Assembly: GCA_963701855.1 (NCBI GenBank)
Contig: CAVPBK010000006.1
Location: 64,001-128,000, forward strand
Source: Nitrospirota bacterium
Lineage (GTDB): Bacteria; Nitrospirota; Nitrospiria; Nitrospirales; Nitrospiraceae
Reading direction: 5' to 3'
DNA length: 64,000 nucleotides
Shown here: piece by piece, positions 1-9,788 of the stretch
Position numbering within the stretch: position 1 is the first letter of the stretch
How the letters are laid out: the number at the start of each line of letters is the position of its first letter
The notes under the pieces: generated by a model
Told to the model about the DNA's origin: nothing
What the model saw: only the letters and a program-made list of their open reading frames with translations
The model's database searches: none
Position numbers and translations under genes: made by a program

Positions 1-679
1 GAGGGTTGACGGTTGACGAGGTCTGATTCCCGACGAGGAACCGCGCGATGGTTTCGATTGGCCGTTGGGTCGCAGAGAGCCCGATGCGTTGAGGTTTCGT
101 GAGCGTCAGCGCTTCCAATCGCTCCAGCGACAGAGCCAGATGGGCGCCGCGTTTATTCGGCGCAACGGCGTGGATTTCATCGACGATAACGGTCCGGACC
201 GTCTGCAGTAACCGGCGGCTTTTTTCTGCCGTCAATAAAATAAAGAGCGACTCCGGCGTCGTGACGAGAATATGGGGCGGCCGCTTGAGCATCTGCTGGC
301 GCTCCGTCATCGGCGTGTCGCCGGTGCGGACCAGCACACGGAGTTCCGGCATCAAGAGCCCGGCAGACAGAGCTGCGGTACCGATTTCAGCCAGCGGCTG
401 CTGGAGGTTTTTCTGGATGTCGTTGCTGAGCGCTTTCAGCGGCGAGACGTAGAGCACCTGCGTATGGTCGTCGAGTTCGCGCGCAAGGGCTTGTTTGAAA
501 AGACGATCGATGCAAGAGAGAAAGGCGGCAAACGTCTTCCCGGAGCCGGTCGGCGCCGCAATCAGAACATCAGCCCCAGATTGAATGACTGGCCAAGCCT
601 GAACCTGTACGTCGGTGGGCTGGCCAACCTGCTGGTGAAACCATTCGGCAATGAGAGGATGGAATCGAGAGAGGGGCAT
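1..679 (-). CDS. lhr: Lhr-family DEAD/DEAH-box helicase, N-terminal part (runs off window start)
   Basis: Not in the ORF track. Manual minus-strand translation from ATG at 679 gives MPLSRFHPLIAEWF...APTGSGKT (Walker A)...SPLKALSNDI...VRTGDT...TTPESL...VDEIHA...KRGAHLALSLERL, typical Lhr motifs. Confidence 0.93.
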   Translation of the reverse strand, partial: MPLSRFHPLIAEWFHQQVGQPTDVQVQAWPVIQSGADVLIAAPTGSGKTFAAFLSCIDRLFKQALARELDDHTQVLYVSPLKALSNDIQKNLQQPLAEIGTAALSAGLLMPELRVLVRTGDTPMTERQQMLKRPPHILVTTPESLFILLTAEKSRRLLQTVRTVIVDEIHAVAPNKRGAHLALSLERLEALTLTKPQRIGLSATQRPIETIARFLVGNQTSSTVNP

Positions 680-720
680 GGCACGTGATCGTACCACGCT
701 GCCAGAGGAAGCTCTACCGG

Positions 721-2307
721 TTAAGGCATCGCGCGGACATAGATCTGATTTCCGCCAACCGCACCGAGATTCGTCGACACCGAAGAAAAGACCACAAACC
801 CACCATTGACGCTGACCGATGGAGTATTACTCAATCCGTCTCCTGGCACTGGGAGAGAGCTATTATCCTTTGAAACAAGGCTCGTGCCGTTTCCAACTGT
901 GTCCCTGAGGAAGATCTGCGACGGGGCTGAGCTCAGATCCCCCGTTAGATTACTAGACGCCGAGGTGAAGGCCACGAACTGACCGTCGTCACTGATAGTG
1001 GGTTGGCTGCTGGCTCCATCACCGACCGCTACACCCACGCCGGTGGCCTGCGAGACCAACGTGGTGATATTTAACTGCGTGTCCCTGAGAAAGATCTGCG
1101 ACGGGGCTGAGCTCAGATCCCCCGTTAGATTACTAGACGCCGAGGTGAAGGCCACGAACTGACCGTGCTCACTGACAGTGGATTGGCTGCTGGCTCCACC
1201 ACCGACCGTCACGCCCACGCCGGTGGCCTGCGAGACCAACGTGGTGATATTTAAATGCGTGTCCCTGAGAAAGATCTGCGACGGGGCTGAGCTCAGATCC
1301 CCTGTTAGAGTGCTAGCAGCCGAAGTGAAGGCTACGAACTGACCGTCGCCGCTGATGGTGGGTTGACTGCTGGCTCCATTGCCGACCGCTACGCCCACGC
1401 CGGTGGCCTGCGAGACCAACATGGTGATATTTAACTGCGTATCCCGGAGAAAGATCTGAGACGGGCCTGGGTCTAGATCCCCCGTTAGATTGCTAGCAGC
1501 CGAGGTGAAGGCCACGAACTGACCGTGCTCACTGATGGTGGGTTGGCTGCTGGCTCCACCACCGACCGCTACGCCCACGCCGGTGGCCTGCGAGACCAAC
1601 GTGGTGATATTTAACTGCGTGTCCCGGAGAAAGATCTGAGACGGGCCTGGATCCGGATCCCCCGTTAGATTGCTAGCAGCCGAGGTGAAGGCGACAAAGC
1701 GGCCATCAGCACTGATGGTGGGTTGGCTGCTGGCTCCATTGCCGGCATTGCCGACCGCGTCCTGCGACACGAGGGACGTTTGATTCGTCTGCCAGTCATG
1801 AATATAAATTTGCGACCCGAAGACGCCGGGGATAAGAGTGGCCGATGAGGCAAATGCCACAAAGCGACCGTCGTTGCTGATCGACGGACTGCTGCTGCTC
1901 CCCCCCGGGACTGGAGGAGTGCTATTATCGACGGAGACCACATCCGTCCTCGGATGGATGGCAAACAGCACTGAGCCAGTCGCGGTCTGACCTGTGTTGT
2001 CCGTCACAGTGAATGTCGCTGTGAAGTTGCCTGCTGCGGTCGGGGTACCACTTACGACACCCGTGCCGGCATTGAGAGATAGCCCATTTGGCAAGACTCC
2101 ACCGAATAGTGTCCAGGTGAACGGAGCCATTCCCCCTGTAGACGCGAGATTCGAAATATAGGGCGTGTTGACCACACCGAAATTGGCCGCTGTCGTCGAC
2201 ACCACAATGGTTGAGGTACTGCTGCCCCCACCGCCACCGCCTCCTGAACAGCTTAAGAGTCCGAATCCAAGGGCAATGACCGACAACAGAGACACAATGG
2301 ATTTCAT
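721..2307 (-). CDS. Lipoprotein with putative Ig (He_PIG-like) domain and 7-bladed TolB/PD40-like beta-propeller
   Basis: Lipobox LLSC after MKSIVSLL..., Gly/Ser linker, LPNGLSLNAGTGVVSGTPT Ig-like motif, seven PxISxxGxFVAFxS repeats. Start chosen at MKSIV (2307). Confidence 0.8.
   Translation of the reverse strand: MKSIVSLLSVIALGFGLLSCSGGGGGGGSSTSTIVVSTTAANFGVVNTPYISNLASTGGMAPFTWTLFGGVLPNGLSLNAGTGVVSGTPTAAGNFTATFTVTDNTGQTATGSVLFAIHPRTDVVSVDNSTPPVPGGSSSSPSISNDGRFVAFASSATLIPGVFGSQIYIHDWQTNQTSLVSQDAVGNAGNGASSQPTISADGRFVAFTSAASNLTGDPDPGPSQIFLRDTQLNITTLVSQATGVGVAVGGGASSQPTISEHGQFVAFTSAASNLTGDLDPGPSQIFLRDTQLNITMLVSQATGVGVAVGNGASSQPTISGDGQFVAFTSAASTLTGDLSSAPSQIFLRDTHLNITTLVSQATGVGVTVGGGASSQSTVSEHGQFVAFTSASSNLTGDLSSAPSQIFLRDTQLNITTLVSQATGVGVAVGDGASSQPTISDDGQFVAFTSASSNLTGDLSSAPSQIFLRDTVGNGTSLVSKDNSSLPVPGDGLSNTPSVSVNGGFVVFSSVSTNLGAVGGNQIYVRAMP
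901..1740. repeat. In-frame 180-bp tandem repeat, about 4.7 near-identical units
   Basis: Sequence starting at 901, 1081, 1261, 1441 and 1621 is nearly identical, i.e. a 60-aa period. Confidence 0.95.
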
Positions 2308-2404
2308 ATGAGGCATTCTCCTACGGATTCCTCTATGAGGCAACAGTTGTACCATATTACGCAACTGTGGAAAGATGGGCTAGTCTTACGATGGGGGGTA
2401 TCGA

Positions 2405-3295
2405 GTGACGCGACAGATGACATCACCGCTCGTTGTGCTGGGATCTGGCTACACAGGACGTGTGTTGCACAGAACGGGAACCTCGCAGGGGTGGACTGTC
2501 CATGCCACCAGCAGGAATCCCATGAGCAATCTCGCAGACATTCCTTCGGAACAGCGCCTCGAGTTCGACCTAGAACAGCCTTCGACCTGGCCGAATATTC
2601 CTGCGGGCGCTAATCTCATCTGGTGTTTTCCCGCCACGCCGATTTCCCAGGTCCAGGCCTTCGCACGCACACTCGACGCGCCTCCTCGGCGCATTGTCAT
2701 CTTAGGGAGCACGTCCGCCTACGAGGCGTCCGATCATTCCGTCGAATATCCTCCATCTTGGATTGACGAATCAGCCCCGATCGATCTGACCAAGTCGCGT
2801 GTCCAGGGCGAGGAATATCTGCGCAAACACCATGGCGCCATCGTTCTCCGCGTGGCAGGCATCTACGGACCTGGGCGGAACCCGCTGGATTGGATCAGGC
2901 AAGGCCGCATCGGCCCATCGCGCAAGTGTGTGAACCTGATTCACGTGGAAGACTTGGCGGCAATTTGTCTGGCAGCAATCGAGAAAGGGAAACCCGGCGA
3001 GGCCTACAACGTCAGCGATGGCACGCCTTATCTTTGGAGTGATATCTGCGCAACTGCGCAGCAGCGGTGGAGTGTGGCCGTGACAGCGGCAAACGAAGAC
3101 CGCTCATCGGGAAAACGAATCAGCAACGCCAAGCTTCGGTCTGAGCTAGGCTACACTCTAAAACACCCAGACTTATACGAGGCGCTAGCAATGATCGAAT
3201 CAGGGAACGGGGTAGAAGCGCAGGATGGTCAAAATGGCTTCCAGCAAGGCCCGAGGCGAGACGGAACCGGAGGCGTACCCTCGGGAGAGAACTGA
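2405..3295 (+). CDS. NAD-dependent epimerase/dehydratase (extended SDR) family protein
   Basis: VLGSGYTG Rossmann motif, STSAY, LRVAGIYGPGR, IHVEDLA. The C-terminal tail runs into a repeat element. Confidence 0.85.
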   Translation: MTRQMTSPLVVLGSGYTGRVLHRTGTSQGWTVHATSRNPMSNLADIPSEQRLEFDLEQPSTWPNIPAGANLIWCFPATPISQVQAFARTLDAPPRRIVILGSTSAYEASDHSVEYPPSWIDESAPIDLTKSRVQGEEYLRKHHGAIVLRVAGIYGPGRNPLDWIRQGRIGPSRKCVNLIHVEDLAAICLAAIEKGKPGEAYNVSDGTPYLWSDICATAQQRWSVAVTAANEDRSSGKRISNAKLRSELGYTLKHPDLYEALAMIESGNGVEAQDGQNGFQQGPRRDGTGGVPSGEN

Positions 3296-3475
3296 AAGTA
3301 GATATTATTCCCGCCAATACTAATATGGCACCAGCCCTCGTTTTCTCTTTGCGGATGGTCAAACTGGTTCTCCAACTAGGCCGCAGACGAGAACAAACCG
3401 GAGACGTACCCTCTGGGGTACGTTGAGGATTTGGGTGAGTTGAGAACGACGTTGGAAGCCAGTTTCACCGTCCGA
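3219..3475. repeat. Two MITE/REP-like repeats of family A (partial copy about 3219-3286, full copy about 3350-3475)
   Basis: GGATGGTCAAA...AGGCC...GGAGRCGTACCCTC...GGTACGTTGAGG...GAGAACG core; reverse-orientation relatives of 35818-35943. Confidence 0.75.
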
Positions 3476-4975
3476 TTAGCGGAGGAGGGCCATCACTGCT
3501 AAGCACACCAGCAAATTGTTGATCGCATGGGCCAGAATACCCGGCAGGAGGCTCCCGGTCTTTTCATAAATCCAAGCCCAGAGCACGCCGCTCCAACAGA
3601 CACTCAATAACCCCACCAATCCATAGCCATGCGCGATGCCGAAGATACCGGCGCTGATCAATGCAGCCGGTAGAAAGCGGAACTTGCGGCGGAGAATCGC
3701 GAACAGCAATCCACGAAACGCAAGTTCTTCAAACAGCGGCGCAAAGACCACATATTCGACTAAACTAATGGCCGTCAGAGAAGGCGTAGCCCAGATGAGA
3801 TCTGCGTCGAACCATTCAGCCCAGTGACTCGTGAGATGGAATGGTTCCGACAACCGATCCATGACCCACCCGCCCCACAAACCTGCGGCCACCACCGCCA
3901 AGACCGCGGCCACCAGACGTCCGGCATTGGCCCATCCGATTTCCAGCCCAAAACCGGCATCGAATGTCATGCCGGACGGCCTGAAGAGATGATGGTAGGC
4001 CAAGAGAAGTAACGGCACATTCGTCAGCGGAATGGCCAGCGCCCGCAGTGAGGCATTGTCGGGCGGCGCGTAGAGTAAAAACACCGCCGTGATCATGGCG
4101 CCAATCGCGCCCCCGCGCAGCAACACCGCCGCGCCAATGCCGCCAGGCCACGGCGGCGGCACGCCCGGTTCATGCAGGCGAATGAAACTAGCCGGCTCAT
4201 TTCGTCTGATCCAGAGCAGCACGCACACCACAGTGCCGACGGCCATCGCGCCGAGTTCGACGAACGTCAAGCGATGCGACCGGACAAACTGGCGATCGAC
4301 ACGCACTGCGGCCTGTTCCTGAACCCTGGCCAAGAGCGCGGCATCGTTGGCACGCCGTGCCAGGCGTTCAGCCAGACGGTCGTAAAACCAGCCGGCAGGC
4401 ATCATCTCTGCCAGCTCTGCCTGCCACAAGACATACTGGTCCGCGTCATGCACCGGTCCTTCGCCATAGGCAGCCGTCACCAGATCGGCGAACTGAGGAA
4501 GCGGGTCTTCTGCTTTGGCCCACTCATGCGCGGAGAGGAGTGCCTGCGAGATATGGCCGGCCTCGGCTTGGAGAATCGCCAACTGAAGAGGGACCAACGG
4601 GTCTTCGGAAGTCTTCGCCAGTTCTTGATACCATTCAATCTCGTGCGCCCGTTCAGCCTCGTCGCCGCTGGAGGCCCAAGCCAAGAGCTGTTGTTCCCAC
4701 TGAGGCGCACGCTTGAGCCCCTCCTCCACATCCCTAGTCCGACTGACCATCAGGCTGAGTGCTTGCTCAGGTGACTCGATCTGATCCAGTTTAGATCCCG
4801 ATGTCGACAGCCCCACCACCGACCCCAGAGCCACCGTGAGAAAAAGCGCAGACAATAGCGTAACCGTGGGCGAGAACCGCCCAAAATAGACCCCGACCGT
4901 CGGCGGCACGTCTGTGGCTCGCCACCAAGACTTTGATGGCTGCGGATCGTTGAGAGCGAGCGTGGCAGGTTCCAT
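3476..4975 (-). CDS. CPBP (CAAX protease/Abi) family intramembrane metalloprotease with large N-terminal extension
   Basis: APLFEELAFRG, FGIAH and HAINN motifs; multiple TM helices at the C-terminus. Confidence 0.9.
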   Translation of the reverse strand: MEPATLALNDPQPSKSWWRATDVPPTVGVYFGRFSPTVTLLSALFLTVALGSVVGLSTSGSKLDQIESPEQALSLMVSRTRDVEEGLKRAPQWEQQLLAWASSGDEAERAHEIEWYQELAKTSEDPLVPLQLAILQAEAGHISQALLSAHEWAKAEDPLPQFADLVTAAYGEGPVHDADQYVLWQAELAEMMPAGWFYDRLAERLARRANDAALLARVQEQAAVRVDRQFVRSHRLTFVELGAMAVGTVVCVLLWIRRNEPASFIRLHEPGVPPPWPGGIGAAVLLRGGAIGAMITAVFLLYAPPDNASLRALAIPLTNVPLLLLAYHHLFRPSGMTFDAGFGLEIGWANAGRLVAAVLAVVAAGLWGGWVMDRLSEPFHLTSHWAEWFDADLIWATPSLTAISLVEYVVFAPLFEELAFRGLLFAILRRKFRFLPAALISAGIFGIAHGYGLVGLLSVCWSGVLWAWIYEKTGSLLPGILAHAINNLLVCLAVMALLR

Positions 4976-5132
4976 AATCCTAGAGACTATAACATGCTGT
5001 TTTTCTGGCTCGAAACCCCCTCGAAATGACTAGGCGACGAAGGAAACCGCTCAGAATACCCGTGGCCGAACGCGACCCAACTCCGCTATACTGAGAAGCA
5101 TTTCTAGCAAACTAGGCTAAGGTCGAGGCCAA

Positions 5133-5198
5133 GGCTGAGTGAAGATCTGACGTTCCTTATCTATCTTAGCCTCAACCTTAGCCTGAACCTCAACCTTC
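5133..5198. repeat. Inverted hexamer-repeat hairpin (GGCTAA/GGTCGA... versus ...TTAGCC/TCAACC)
   Basis: ggctaaggtcgaggccaaggctgag followed by cttagcctcaaccttagcctgaacctcaacctt. Confidence 0.6.
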
Positions 5199-5216
5199 TT
5201 TCTGCTTCGGAGTGCA

Positions 5217-6404
5217 ATGTCAGTTCGGAACTTTATTCCCCCACGCCGGTTGCTCCTTGGCCCAGGGCCGAGCATGGTGCATCCGCGAGTCCTGCGTGCC
5301 CTCTCGACTCCTCTCCTCGGCCATTTAGACCCGGCCTTTCTTGCACTCATGGACGACATCCAAGTCCTGTTGCGCCTCGTCTTTCAGACCGAAAATCGCT
5401 TCACCATTGCAGTCTCCGGGACCGGCTCAGCCGGGATGGAGGCTTCGATCGTGAATATCGTTGAGCCCGGCGATGCGGTCATTGTCGGAATCAATGGTGT
5501 CTTCGGCACACGCCTCGCCGCAATGGTTGAACGCTGCGGGGGCAAAGCCATCCGGATTGAAGCCCCCTGGGGACAGATCATCGAACCAGAAGCCATAGAG
5601 ACGGCATTGCGCCGATCCGGCCCGGTCAAAGCTGTGGCCATCGTCCATGCTGAAACCTCAACCGGCGCCTGGCAGCCGCTTGAGACGATCGCCCGCCTTT
5701 GCCGCGACCATGATGCGCTCTTCGTCGTCGATGCCGTGACCTCCCTGGGAGGCGCACCGGTCGAGGTCGATCGTTGGGGCATCGATGTCTGCTATAGCGC
5801 CACCCAGAAATGTTTGAGCTGTCCACCCGGATTGTCTCCCTTCACCCTCAGCGACCGTGCGTTCGCCGCCATCAGAGCTCGCCGCACCCCCTGCCAGAGT
5901 TGGTATTTGGATATGACCTTGATCGCGGACTACTGGGCCGAAGGCGCCAGGGCCTACCATCACACAGCTCCAATCTCCATGCTCTATGCCCTGCGGGAAG
6001 CGTTACGACTCGTCGAAGAAGAGGGATTACCCGCCCGATTCACTCGCCATCAACTCAATAGCGAGGCCTTGATCGCAGGCTTGACCGAACTCGGGCTCAT
6101 TTCCCTTCCCCCGGCGGGACATCGGCTACCGATGTTGACTTGTGTCACAGTCCCCGCTCCTATTCCTGAAACCGAGGTACGAATGAACTTGCTCTCGACT
6201 TATGGCATTGAAATCGGTGGCGGGATCGGCCCCCTCAAAGGGAAGGTCTGGCGCATCGGCTTGATGGGTGAATCATCGACCGAAGCTCATGTCTTGACCC
6301 TGCTCAATGCACTGGAAGAACTGTTTATCCGCGGCGGCGGGCTTTCTACTCCCGGAGTCGCACTCCAAGCGGCCGCACGAGTCTACAGCCGTAGAGCATC
6401 GTGA
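5217..6404 (+). CDS. Alanine/serine--glyoxylate aminotransferase family (class V PLP enzyme)
   Basis: LLGPGPS, SGTGSAGMEA, VHAETSTG, DAVTSLGG, ATQKCLSCPPG (PLP lysine), WRIGLMG. Confidence 0.93.
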   Translation: MSVRNFIPPRRLLLGPGPSMVHPRVLRALSTPLLGHLDPAFLALMDDIQVLLRLVFQTENRFTIAVSGTGSAGMEASIVNIVEPGDAVIVGINGVFGTRLAAMVERCGGKAIRIEAPWGQIIEPEAIETALRRSGPVKAVAIVHAETSTGAWQPLETIARLCRDHDALFVVDAVTSLGGAPVEVDRWGIDVCYSATQKCLSCPPGLSPFTLSDRAFAAIRARRTPCQSWYLDMTLIADYWAEGARAYHHTAPISMLYALREALRLVEEEGLPARFTRHQLNSEALIAGLTELGLISLPPAGHRLPMLTCVTVPAPIPETEVRMNLLSTYGIEIGGGIGPLKGKVWRIGLMGESSTEAHVLTLLNALEELFIRGGGLSTPGVALQAAARVYSRRAS

Positions 6405-6424
6405 CAGCAGAGGACATCGCTCGC

Positions 6425-6580
6425 ATGAAGAGTAAACCATCTCTCTGGATGCTCGCAGCCGGAGCCTTTGCTTTTATCGCTATCATCGCCTACTTAATCT
6501 TCGCTCTGACGCTGGCGGAGCACATGGAGCCGTATCCCGTTCCTGAGGACAAGGCTGCGGCCACAAAGTCGGGGGTATAA
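6425..6580 (+). CDS. Small single-TM membrane protein (51 aa)
   Basis: Below the ORF-track cutoff: MKSKPSLWMLAAGAFAFIAIIAYLIFALTLAEHMEPYPVPEDKAAATKSGV. Fills the gap between co-oriented genes; an in-frame GTG at 6401 overlaps the upstream stop. Confidence 0.65.
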   Translation: MKSKPSLWMLAAGAFAFIAIIAYLIFALTLAEHMEPYPVPEDKAAATKSGV

Positions 6581-6614
6581 TCGGCCACATCATCATCCAT
6601 CGCCTCGATACACC

Positions 6615-7831
6615 ATGATGAAAGCCATTGCCATTCGCTCAGTGCGTGTCATCGACGGGACCGGTCGGACGATCGAGCGAGCCACGGTGATCGTTCGCGG
6701 AACCAAGATTGCCGCGGTCGGATCGGATCGAGACCTCTCCATCCCACATGGTGCGACCAAGATCGATGGCCGAGGACTCACGCTATTACCGGGCTTGATC
6801 GACTGTCATGTGCATCTCTGCCTCGGAGCTGAACCGGATGTCGTCGAGGCGATCGCCAAAGAGACGCCCACACTGACATTACTGAAATCAAGCCAGGCTG
6901 CGCGACAGACCCTGGAGGCAGGCTTCACCACTGTGCGTGACGTGGGGTCGCGAGACCACTCCATCTTTACATTGCAACGGGCTATCGATACAGGTCTCGT
7001 TCCCGGACCTCGCATTGTCGCGAGCAGGCCTGGCGATTTGCATGATCGGCGGCCACGCCCGGTTTATCGGTCAGGAAGTGGAAGGAGACAGAACAAGTCC
7101 GTTCCGTCGTGCGCGCGCAAATCTCCGCCGGGGCCACCGTCATTAAAGTCATTGCATCGGGTGGTGTCCTCACGCCCGGTACCTCGCCGGACCAGGCGCA
7201 AATGACCGTGGAGGAACTCCAGGCCGCCGTGGATGAAGCGCAGCAAGCCGGGAGGAAAGTCGCAGCCCATGCCCATGGATCGTCGGGGATGAAGAATGCT
7301 ATCCGCGCCGGAGTCCATTCGATCGAGCATGCCACGCTCATGGACACAGAAGCCGCGGCCATGATGAAACGGCAGGGTGTCTTCATGGTGCCGACACTCT
7401 CTGCGCTCGCTACCACTGCCGCCTGCCGACTCGGATGCGGCATTCCCGAAAGCGCCTTGGACAAAGCCAAATCCATGACGAAGCGCCATCAAGTAAGCTT
7501 CAAGAACGCTCTGCGGGACGGTATCCAGATTGCGATGGGCACGGATGCGGGGACGCCCTTTAACTTTCACGGCGAGAACGCTCAGGAGCTCGAGCGGATG
7601 GTCGCCTTCGGGATGAGCCCGATGCAGGCGATTCTCGCCTCGACCTCCGCTGCCGCACAGTTGATCGGGATTCAGGACCAGGTGGGAACGATCGAGAAGG
7701 GGAAACTGGCGGATCTCCTCTTATTCAAAGGCAATCCGCTTCGTCGCATCGACCTGCTACGCGATCGCAGCAGGATTATGGGCGTGATGCAGGCGGGCAA
7801 GTTTGTCGCAGGGCCTCTTTCAAGGACGTGA
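6615..7831 (+). CDS. Metal-dependent amidohydrolase (Xaa-Pro dipeptidase-like), split by two +1 insertions
   Basis: PGLIDCHVH, GFTTVRDVG, IKV, AHAHG, SIEH, GTDAG, GKLADLL. Removing C7021 and G7087 restores RIVGAGLAICMIGGH...EVEGTEQVRSVVRAQI. Confidence 0.85.
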
Positions 7832-8298
7832 AACGTTACATGTATTAATCGGTACTTAATCGGACAGACAAGGTCAGATGAATTCGGGCCTCGAAGGACC
7901 GCTCCCGGCCACTTTGCGACAGTCGCTACGGCAAGCTCCACGCCGGAAAGGTGCCGTTCATTAGAGATGGTGCTCGCTTCGCGCTACGCTTGGCTGGATT
8001 GGGTCTGAGTCTGCTGGGGGAGGGTCGTCCGTTGGCTAATACGCGTGTCGGTGTCCACAAAACCTGCCCAAATGTCTTCCCGTACGTTCTCGAACTCATG
8101 TGACCTAGAACTCGACTCGAACCGTCCAGAAATCAGGAGATTGAGGACAGGTTTAGTCGCAGGACAAGCGGTTTAGGAAAGCGTTGTCACCACCCTACTC
8201 CAGCCTACTCAGACTCACTCAGGCCTACTGCAGCCAAGGTGGTCTTTCCCTGATTTTGTGGACACCTTCCGTGCATAATCAGCGAAGGGAGGTGCCTC

Positions 8299-8580
8299 AT
8301 GGGCCAGCAGCGACGGAGTTTCACGCCAGAGTTTAAGCAGGAAGCCGTGGACTTGTGCCGACGCAGTGGGAAGAGCGAGTGCCAGGTGGCGCGGGAGTTG
8401 GGCATTCCCCAACCGACGTTCAATCGATGGATGCGGCAAGCGGCGGGGGCGCCCCAAGGATCCCACAGCTTTCTGGCGACCGAGGAACTCAAGGTCTTGC
8501 GGCGAGAAGTCGAGCAACTCCGCATGGAGCGCGACATCCTAAAAAAAGCCGTGGCCTTCTTTGCCAAGGAGTCGGGATGA
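8299..8580 (+). CDS. IS3 transposase OrfA (HTH)
   Basis: RRSFTPEFKQEAV...VARELGI...LRREVEQLRMERDILKKAVAFF. A7G slippery site at 8541-8548; RBS GGGAGG. Confidence 0.93.
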   Translation: MGQQRRSFTPEFKQEAVDLCRRSGKSECQVARELGIPQPTFNRWMRQAAGAPQGSHSFLATEELKVLRREVEQLRMERDILKKAVAFFAKESG

Positions 8581-9467
8581 GGTATCGCTTCATCCAGGCG
8601 GAGAAGGCCGCGTATCCCGTGGAGGTCTTGTGTCGCGTCCTCAGCGTGGCCCGGAGCGGCTATTACGCCTGGTGCCGTCGTCCGCTCGGTGCACGCGCGC
8701 AGCAGAATCAATGGCTGGTCACGCATATTCGGACCTGTTACCAGGCGTCGCGCGGCCGCTATGGGAGTCCGCGGATTCATCAGGATCTGCGCGCCCACGG
8801 GTTGCGGGTCGGCCGCCATCGCGTGGCTCGGCTCATGCGGCTGCATGGGCTCCGCAGTGTTCGACGGCGGAGCTGGCGCCCACCGGCCAGCGCGCTTCCC
8901 GCGGTGGTGCGGGCGAACGTCTTGCGACGAGCCTTCACCGCCACACGGCCGAATGAGAAGTGGGCCGCCGACATCACCTACGTGCCCACACGCCAGGGTT
9001 GGCTCTATCTCGCCGTGGTGATCGATTTGTACTCGCGGCGGGTGGTCGGCTGGGCCATGGATGCACAGCAGACGATCGCGCTGACGCTGACGGCTTTAGA
9101 GATGGCGCTGCACCAACGGCCTGTGTTGGCCGGGCTCCTGCACCATTCGGATCGAGGCAGCCAGTATGGCGCGGTGGCCTATCAGCACCGGTTAGTCAGC
9201 TGCGGAATCCGGGGCTCGATGAGCCGCCCCGGCAATTGCTGGGACAATGCCGTCGTGGAGAGCTTCTTTGCTACGTTGAAGACCGAGCTGATTCACCGAC
9301 GGCAGTATGCGACTCGCCAAGAAGCCCGCGCCGACATCTTTGAGTACGTAGAGGGCTTCTATAATCGAAGCCGACGCCATTCGCGTTTGGGGTATCGGAG
9401 CCCGATGGACTTTGAGCATCAATACCCATACCATCAATCGGGGGCGTCTACCGTATGGACGCCGTGA
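8577..9467 (+). CDS. IS3 transposase OrfB (DDE integrase core)
   Basis: YGSPRI, WAADITY, HHSDRGSQY, WDNAVVESFF. In the -1 frame relative to orfA, with an ATGA start/stop overlap. Confidence 0.95.
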   Translation: MRYRFIQAEKAAYPVEVLCRVLSVARSGYYAWCRRPLGARAQQNQWLVTHIRTCYQASRGRYGSPRIHQDLRAHGLRVGRHRVARLMRLHGLRSVRRRSWRPPASALPAVVRANVLRRAFTATRPNEKWAADITYVPTRQGWLYLAVVIDLYSRRVVGWAMDAQQTIALTLTALEMALHQRPVLAGLLHHSDRGSQYGAVAYQHRLVSCGIRGSMSRPGNCWDNAVVESFFATLKTELIHRRQYATRQEARADIFEYVEGFYNRSRRHSRLGYRSPMDFEHQYPYHQSGASTVWTP

Positions 9468-9788
9468 TGATCGTCGATCCTGGATCAATGGTGTGCGTCG
9501 ATTTTGCGGCGCGCACGCATGAGATCGCGGTTGGCTTCACATGGAGATGGTCCACACAGAAACCAGTGTCTATAAAATCGGGGGAAGATCAAGGTTTGCG
9601 CTGAACTCGAACTTGGCTGGAGTAGGCTGGAATGAGCTGGAGTGAGTTGGAGTTGAGCACAAAATGAGCACAATTACGATGCCACAACGTAGCGCACGAC
9701 TAACTTCTGCACCCATCTGATTAAGCCCCTTGTCCACAATTTAAGCGGGGCAAAACACGGAATTAATCAAAGGGGTCTTCCCCCCTTC

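Larger units (their letters stand above)
8240..9591 (+). mobile_element. Complete IS3-family insertion sequence (1352 bp)
   Basis: Imperfect terminal IRs: left TGGTCTTTCCCTGATTTTGTGGACAC, right (reverse complement) TGATCTTCCCCCGATTTTATAGACAC. TG...CA ends; 3-bp target duplication AGG at 8237-8239 and 9592-9594; orfA plus orfB. Confidence 0.95.

Noticed and set aside
99..688. Plus-strand ORFs 99-452 and 272-688
   Set aside because: Antisense shadows of the minus-strand lhr helicase.
901..1740. Possible CRISPR array
   Set aside because: Contiguous 180-bp in-frame coding repeats with no unique spacers and no cas genes.
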